Origin: Macrostomum lignano
Taxonomy: Eukaryota
Direction: 5' to 3'
Assembly: GCA_002269645.1 (NCBI GenBank)
Contig: NIVC01002300.1
Coordinates: forward strand, 1 to 64,000
Length of the DNA stretch: 64,000 nucleotides
In this document: piece by piece, positions 49,875-64,000 of the stretch
Layout: every line of letters starts with the position of its first letter
Numbering within the stretch: position 1 is the stretch's first letter
Translations under genes and position numbers: made by a program
Notes under the pieces: model-generated
What the model saw: the letters and a program-made list of their open reading frames with translations, nothing else
Told to the model about the DNA's origin: nothing
The model's database searches: none

Positions 49875-50800
49875 CCAGTCTACTCCACCCCTCTCCCAGT
49901 CTACTCCACCCCTCCGTGTCTACTCCGCCCCTCTTCCAGTCTACTCCGCCCCTTTCCCAGTGTACTTCACCCCTTCCCAGTCTACTCCGCCCCTCTCCTA
50001 GTCTACTCCACCCCTCTCCCAGTCTACTCCACCCCTCTCCCAGTCTACTCCACCCCTCTCCCAGTCTACTCCACCCCTCTCCTAGTCTACTCCACCCCTC
50101 TCCCAGTCTACTCCACCCCTCTCCCAGTCTACTCCACCCCTCTCCCAGTCTACTCCACCCCTCTCCTAGTCTACTCCACCCCTCTCCCAGTCTACTCCAC
50201 CCCTCTCCCAGTCTACTCCACCCCTCTCCCAGTCTACTCCACCCCTCTCCCAGTCTACTCCACCCCTCTCCCAGTCTACTCCACCCCTCTCCCAGTCTAC
50301 TCCACCCCTCTCCCAGTCTACTCCACCCCTCTCCCAGTCTACTCCACCCCTCTCCCAGTCTACTCCACCCCTCTCCCAGTCTACTCCACCCCTCTCCCAG
50401 TCTACTCCGCCCCTCTTCCAGTCTACTCCACCCCTCTCCCAGTCTACTCCACCCTCTCCGTGTCTACTCCACCCTCTCCCAGTCTACTCCACCCCTCTCC
50501 CAGTCTACTCCGCCCCTCTCCCAGTCTACTCCGCCCCTCCGTGTCTACTCCGCCCCTCTCCCAGTCTACTCCACCCCTCCGTGTCTACTCCGCCCCTCTT
50601 CCAGTCTACTCCGCCCCTTTCCCAGTGTACTTCACCCCTTCCCAGTCTACTCCGCCCCTCTCCCAGTCTACTCCACCCCTCCCAGTGTACTCCACCCCTC
50701 TCCTGTCTACTCTGCTTCTCTCTCGAGTCTACTCCACCCCTCCCAGTCTACTCCACCCCTCTCCCTGTCTACTCTGCTTCTCTCTCGAGTCTACTCCGCC
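49875..50800. repeat. 21-bp pyrimidine-rich minisatellite, ~44 copies, downstream of WIPI2
   Basis: Unit CTACTCCACCCCTCTCCCAGT. Confidence 0.95.
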
Positions 50801-51624
50801 GCTCCCTGACTACTCTTTTTCTCTTACTGTGCGACAATGCTGGGTGCTCTATATGCCAGTGTGTTCAGTTTCTAATGCACATCCTGAGTCCATGAACGAG
50901 AATGCTACTGACTGACTGCAAGCTCTTATTTAGAATTAGTGGCATGCCATTCTCTGTGTCTAATCTATCTATACTTGCACACGTAGAACTTTAGAGATGT
51001 ACAAACAATTATTGATTTTAAGTACTTTCTATCAACACTGCTTGGAATTTAACGGTAATTATATAAGTCGTTTATTAACAGTAAATGTTATATTAATACA
51101 CACAGATTTCGATATCCAATTTTGATTTGTTAATATAAGAACAAAAAGTTACCTTCTGCTGTGCTTTATATCGACTTAGTTGTACTGCTGATAGCTGGTA
51201 AGGGATTTGTTATTACCAAAACAGCGTTATTCTGATTCCAGTTACCTTTCCAGTCTAATATTAGTAATCTGTGTGTGTGTGTACAGTTCAAATCCTTACT
51301 CAGAAGCGTTATTGTGGTCTGCTATTTATAACTTGACTTTTAATCTTGCATACAATTAATAAGTAATTCTGGATTTGTTTGAATTCTCAAGCATTATTAT
51401 GAAAATCGATTTTTTTTAAAGTTTATCAATCACTTCTTTATAATTATGATTTGTCGTTTTGCAGTCAGGCACTTCGCTTCTTACTGATTGGCGCAATTAT
51501 CTGTTGAACCACAATTAAATGATTTCGTGTACTCTGCATTGTATTTGTGTAACAGCGCGATTGTAAATTTTATTTCTAATTTATTTATTGATTGCAACTT
51601 TCTGTTTTTTTTACTTTGATGTGG

Positions 51625-51950
51625 CTGGGGTGTCAGCAAGGGTGTCAGCTGGGGTGTCAGCTGGGGTGTCAGCTGGGATGTCAGCAAGGGTGTCAGCGAG
51701 GGTGTCAGCTGGGATGTCAGCGGGGGTGTCAGCTGGGGTGTCAGCTGGGGTGTCAGCTGGGGTGTCAGCTGGGATGTCAGCAAGAGTGTCAGCGGGGGTG
51801 TCAGCTGAGATGTCAGCAGGGGTGTCAGCTGGGATGTCAGCTGGGATGTCAGCGGGGTGTCAGCTGGGGTGTCAGCGGGGGTGTCAGCTGGGGTGTCAGC
51901 GGGGGTGTCAGCTGGGATGTCAGCTGGGGTGTCAGCAAGGGTGTCAGCTG
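51625..51950. repeat. 12-bp minisatellite, ~27 copies, directly after the sulfotransferase stop
   Basis: Unit GTGTCAGCTGGG. Confidence 0.93.
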
Positions 51951-51955
51951 GGCTG

Positions 51956-53083
51956 TCATTCGTATCGAAACTCCAAGCCAATGGCAGCCAGTCGCTCTTG
52001 AGCCGCCCTGTCAAACCGTTCGCTTTGCTCCTCGGTGAAGGAAGCCTTCCAGTCGCCGATAAGTCCTTTGCGCAGGAATCTGAACCCGGTGCCGAAGGTG
52101 GTGTTCACATTGTCGTTGCTGGACATCGACTCGAAGCTGCAGTTGTGCATCACGCAGGCCAGCTGTTCGGTGCTTGGCTGAATGCCCAGATGGTCAGCTA
52201 TGCGGCAGATGCTGTGCTGGGGGCTGCTCACAATGTCCTCGTACTTGAGCACCAGTACATTGGGCTTGTCGCGCTGTTGCCACCATTCTGAGGTGACCTG
52301 CAGGCAGTGTCGATAGTTATTTATGACGTCACAGCCACAGTTATATGTACATGCTGATCCCAATCATTGGGAATCGAAATCATCTAAGCAGAAATATCTC
52401 TAAGATATCGAGTTTCAGAAGCAAAAATCTTGTCTACAAAAGCAAGTCTTGCCTTCAAAAGCAAACGTCTTGTTTACAAATGCAAACTTGTCTTCAAAAG
52501 CAAGCAATCGAATCCTTGCCTGAAAGTAGTCTCCGCACATGGTTCTGCCGTTCAGAAACATGTCTACAAATTCTGGCCAATCGCCAGGCCAAGGCCCGTA
52601 CATCTCCAGGCCTTTGTAGAAATGGTACAACGAATTGCAGCAATCATTCGGATTTCGAAGTACCGCAATAATCCGAGGATTAGCGGAGTCCAGCGCGTTG
52701 CCAATCAATGAGTAGGGGCAGTGGGTCTTGATGAGGCGCTGCCGGTCCTGCGGCGCAGCCTCCAGCTCATCGATGCCCCACCGGACTGGGCCGGAGGTGC
52801 CCCAGCCGTAGTTAAACTCCAGGAACGGGAATCGTTCGTCGATGGCGGCGAACTTGGCGCCCTGCTGGATGACGTCGCGGTGCACCAGCTGCCATACGAT
52901 CTCCTGGGTGAGGGTGGTGCCGCAGCGGGGGAAAGTGCACACGCAGATGTCGCTGGGGCGGTAGCGGAACTCGCACACGGCTCTACGAAGCACCTCCAGC
53001 GTTGTGTAGTTGTTCCACAGGATGCCGCGCCACTCGAACTCGTCCAGTGTTGGCGTGTGCGATGAGCGTTTTGATGCAGACAT
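51956..53083 (-). CDS. Cytosolic sulfotransferase (SULT family), ~301 aa; exons 53083-52520 and 52297-51956
   Basis: 5'-PSB motif TFPRCGTT, IKTH, VLRNPNDCCNSLYHF (3'-PB), LKYED and RKGLIGDWK. The phase-0 join needs a CAG/GCAAGG (GC) donor. Confidence 0.92.
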
Positions 53084-53844
53084 GCCCGGGTTTGTTCGGT
53101 TTGTCAGTCTGTCTCACAGCTTCTGCAGCCTTTTGTTCACAGCTAGACTGGATTGCAGTTGAGAGGCAGTTTATATACAGAATTTGGGTGCCTTACCGTA
53201 CTATGCCTGCATTGTGCAGTCAGTTGCACATCTGCTGGCTAAGGGTAGAGAGTGTCTTTCAGCGGGCGTTTTATCTACAGAACAGACACCCCGCTGGTCC
53301 GCCCTGCCTGGCCTGGGAGCCACACAGCAGAATTGATAGCCAAGAGCGTAGCTGTTTAAGGAGCGATTGAAGGTCATTCAATAGCGTTATATACATGCGC
53401 AGATAAATTGTTATTCGCATGTCCATGGATGGTAGAAAGTGACGACTCCCTCAATGTGCTGCATCAGAGATATTCTTAAAGAACGTACTTCTTACTTAGG
53501 GTGGTAGATTTTCAACGAGTAAATTTATTACTTTATAAAAACAATAGAAATCAAGGAAAACGAAGTTAATGTTTTTTTCTGCACATAAAGTGGCAATTAT
53601 GGTATATAGTAAACCACTATGAAGTTGTGAAACGCGCAATAGACTACTTAAAGCATTGGTCAGCATGTATTTCAACCAGATGGACTGTTGCAGCCATGAA
53701 ATAGCGGTCACGTCAGCAGATACATGTAAAAACGACAAGAAATGCAGTCCAGAATTTATACGATAAAAATCAGTACGCTAAGTATCAACTTGCAGAAACA
53801 AAAATATGTACAAGAAAGACTAGCAATCCCACTGAAAATACTGA

Positions 53845-54315
53845 AACCGGCTAGCCTCCCAGGCAATAGAAAGCCGGCTAACCTACCAGCTAAAATAAAG
53901 CCGGCTAACATCCCAACCAATAAAAAACGGCTAACCTCTCAGCCAATAGAAAGCCGGCTAACATCCCAGGCAATAGAAAGCCGGCTAACCTACCAGCTAA
54001 AAGAAAGCCGGCTAACATCCCAGCCAATAGAAAGCCGGCTAACCTACCAGCTAAAAGAAAGCCGGCTAACATCCCAACCAATAAAAAACGGCTAACCTCT
54101 CAGCCAATAGAAAGCCGGCTAACATGCCAGCCAATAGCTCGTAGAAAGCTGGCTAACCTACCAGCCAATAGAAAAACGGCTAACTTCCCAGCCAATTGAA
54201 AGCCGACTAACCTCCCCGCCAATAGAAAGCCAGCTAACCTAGCCAATAGAAAGCCGGCTAACCTCCTAGCCAATAGAAAGCCAGTTAACTTAGCCAATAG
54301 AAAGCCGGCTCACCC
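53845..54315. repeat. ~27-bp minisatellite, ~17 copies, just downstream of the GLG1 stop
   Basis: Unit AGCCAATAGAAAGCCGGCTAACATCCC with variants. Confidence 0.92.
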
Positions 54316-54370
54316 CCGCCTTTCATTTCTGAGCTAAAAGACTCCCAGTCCAAGTTACTACAAAAATTGA

Positions 54371-61064
<6,694 letters not shown>

Positions 61065-62014
61065 TCTCCCACGGCCACACCAAGATTAATAAATTTTGCT
61101 ATTGCTACCACAACTTTTAAATAAATAATAGTTAGAAGTTTCTGCTAAAAGCCGGAAAAGAAACTTCGAAAGCTGTTAGTTTCATATTATTAATAATTAG
61201 GTTAATTCTATCTAGACGTCATTCAAATTTAATATTGTGTAGTGTAATATAAAGGACGTAGGGCAAGTAGCTAAATGTTTATTTAGTTAAAAGAGCTAAG
61301 TTTTGCGGAGTATTGATTGCACTATTTCTTGCTCCATATTTTTACGATGTTATAAGGGAAACTATAAAAAACGATGCGGCAGCCTAATTACATATTCTAT
61401 TTGCAATTCGGTTTACTCATTATTTTTTTCATTGCATTTCCTTCAATTCCTGATTTATTTCTTAGAAAGTTTTCTATTTGAAATACACATGAACGCTTTA
61501 GCAAAAAGTAACAAGCTTTAAACTTTTATTTTACTGATCGAAATGCTGCATAAAGTCAAGGCATTTTCTGGATAAATTATATTTTAAAAACTACTAACAT
61601 AGTACCGTTTTAAATTGCTTGAGAAGCAATTCCGGACTTTTAACAGTTACTAACGTTTTACCGACTACCCCACGTATGGACGGTGACAGTGCAAGTTAGT
61701 AGCAATACCGGCATACGAATTGCGGAACCGGTCGTTTTAAAATATACTTTTACATATTTATGCACCGAATATAGTGAGCACTCAACCTGGACTAATGATG
61801 GTATGATCTACATATATGCATTGTGTATACGTAACAACAAAATACGTATTACATCTATTATCATACTACATTAATTACTTGATCATATACACATACCAGC
61901 GGCGTACCCAGGATTTTCCTTTGGGGTTCAGTTGAAAGAACCGCTGCAATTTTGCTTTTACAGCTTAATTGACGGAACGGATTACGATCGAATTACATTT
62001 GTGGTGCACACGTA

Positions 62015-62110
62015 CAGTAGCTTCTGGCTGATGCTCTTACGTGCCAGCGGCCCAACCCCCCATTATTTCAAGTGCAAGTCATTAATTTGGGTCTAAATTG
62101 GGATTTCTAC
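62015..62110 (+). mobile_element. Degenerate remnant of the SINE seen at 74-432
   Basis: GTGCCAGCGGCCCA...CAAGTGCAAGTCATTAATTTGGGTCTAAATTGGGATTTC resembles SINE positions ~110-170. Confidence 0.45.
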
Positions 62111-62800
62111 AGAACAACCTCCCTCCTAGGCACAGTGATCAGGTTTATACGCCTAAACGATAATAAATGTAAATTCGTATAGCTTTTAATTATCGCCCAC
62201 CATACTTTCTTATACGTGTAGCCTTAGACTGAAAATAAAACTATTTTCAAAATTATGCCGTTTCGTAAAGTAATTGACTCACGGGATCGAATTGGATCGG
62301 TCTTGAAATCTAGACGGGTCTCTCGGAATCCTACAATTGGTTTACAATTGCTCGAATTGCTGACGTTTAACCCCCCACCAAAAGCCAAAATGGGTTAGTG
62401 AGGTACTACAGTAGGTTCTTCCAAAAGAAAATGTAATTAATGCATATAAAAGAATCACATGTGCATGTCGGCTAACACTGAATGAACTATCAAATTGAGT
62501 CGCAGTAAGTCTCGTTGTAATGTACACTTCACCAACACACGCAGCGGCTGTTAATAAAACTAAAAATGCTCATGCTTTTACGAATAATGCATGGTACTGT
62601 ATATAACCACGCAGTCCATAAAAATCTACCGTAAAACTTCAATACAAAGTCAATGTGCGCTTAAGAGCCTTACTATGGTTTTTAAGTAAAAACACTACTG
62701 AATATTGTAAATGCACCTGTTGATCAAACAAAACAACGCACTGTGAAACCTAAATTCACGAAATGATAACTCAAATATTTCTCCATCACCAAAAGCGCAG

Positions 62801-63105
62801 CTAATCGGACACTGAGTAGACAGAATTGATTCCCTCGCCCCCGCATTTCTGGTTCATATCCCCGGGACAGGGAGTGCTGCACATAAAGTGTGCCGCTTTC
62901 CCGTAGCGCCCAAAAGTGCTGCCGCACCAGCAGGTGTTCCCTTGCAAGCCGAAGAAGCCAAAGTTTTGTGCCTTGCAGGACTTGTCGCACAGGTCCGCGG
63001 TCAGGTCTTCGCTTGTGCCGCCCATGATGGGCAGATCTCTGTCCAGCCCATTGTCACTGTAGCAGCCTCGGAACTGCGGAGTGGGCACTTCTACTTTCTT
63101 CTTGC
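62801..63105 (-). CDS. Terminal exon encoding one WSC (carbohydrate-binding) domain; upstream exons not identified
   Basis: FRGCYSD...RDL...CDKSC...FFGLQGNTCWCG...CSTPCPGDMNQKCGG..NSVY is the WSC consensus; probable acceptor ATAG at 63106. Confidence 0.85.
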
Positions 63106-64000
63106 CTATATTGATGAAGTTTGAAGCGTGTTATTCGAAAGCCTCATTCTGCACACGGAACTACTCAAGTAGGACTGGAAACTACACGTTTCTAGGAATT
63201 TTAAGGAAGCAGGTTTTACCGAAAAATACATTGTTTTCATTGTTTCAGTAAAAGTTGTTAATTGCTTCTGATACAGAATGATATGCTAGATTCATAAAAC
63301 CAATGAGTCGAGCTAGCTGTGCCACTTTTATGATTTTTAGGCGCAGGACATGTGCGATGGTTTGTAGGATATGAGCAATATAAGAATTGAATTTCAAACA
63401 TTTCAAAAGATACAAATATTGCTGGATCAGCCTCCTACCTATCAAAAGCAATAAAAGATTTTGTGCTGAAAGAAAACTCCATTCTCCGCAATGTATTTTT
63501 CGGCTATACCTTGCCTCCTAAAAAATTCCAAGAAACGTCACAGTTTATCGTCCTGCACTCTGAATAGAATAAAACTTTATAAAGCACGCATTAACAAAGC
63601 AACTTACACGCATAGGCTAGACAAAAAATGGTTGTCAGTAGAAATACCAAAAATGAAATTCGAGCATCGAGTCCATGCATAGTAGTAGTACAAAGAAATT
63701 GTAATAAATTGTAGATCGACCGCTCGCGAGTGCAACTAACTCTTGAAGGGATTTGACAGCATTATGATAGTCTACAAAAGAGGACTGCATCAAATCTCAA
63801 TTGCCACAGACAAAACATCTTTGTATAGAAGCAAAAGCTAAAAATAGAAAACTTTGCACTAAAGCGTACAACCGACGATAAAAAGCCAATGAAAGACTAA
63901 ATTGAAAAACTGATAGAAACGCTATTTAAGTGTTAATTTAACGTTACTGAAATTCTGCATTGACATTCCCAGCGCATTCGAAGTTAGAGATTCAATTGTG

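Noticed and set aside
49761-50915. 384-aa and 343-aa ORFs (VYSTPLP / SPSLLHP repeats)
   Set aside because: Translation of the 21-bp array. The extensin-like look is coincidental.
61897-61930. CAGCGGCGTACCCAGG, resembling the TIR of the 28832 MITE
   Set aside because: No partner TIR or TSD found; at best an orphan end.

Overview
Eukaryotic (invertebrate) genomic DNA. GC-rich exons, AT-rich spacers and a minisatellite in almost every intron resemble a Macrostomum-type flatworm; this is an inference, not proven. Seven host genes could be reconstructed by hand from splice sites and reading phase: a 5-exon claudin/PMP22-like tetraspan gene (-), intronless TMBIM4 (+), a 2-exon CENP-A/CenH3 (+), 3-exon WIPI2/Atg18 (+), a 2-exon sulfotransferase with a probable GC-AG intron (-), 10-exon GLG1 (-) and a terminal WSC-domain exon (-). 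Mobile DNA comprises a decayed BEL/Pao pol with a tRNA-derived SINE inserted (13-bp TSD), two Penelope-like elements with minimal hammerhead ribozymes (one a TSD-flanked palindrome), a decayed LINE, two related 2-kb solo LTRs (4-bp TSDs) nested in the LINE and in a PLE, and six hAT-type non-autonomous elements with 8-bp TSDs. More than 20 unrelated minisatellite or microsatellite arrays are present. Most unusual observations: (1) a hAT MITE family carrying a 64-bp piece of 28S rDNA centred on the R2/I-PpoI target site; (2) a private minisatellite in nearly every intron, including an inverted pair bracketing an in-frame-skippable GLG1 exon and arrays made of branch-point/STAR-binding motifs; (3) a minisatellite that appears to derive from a hAT subterminal motif. 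No database searches were run; all family assignments rest on recognised motifs.
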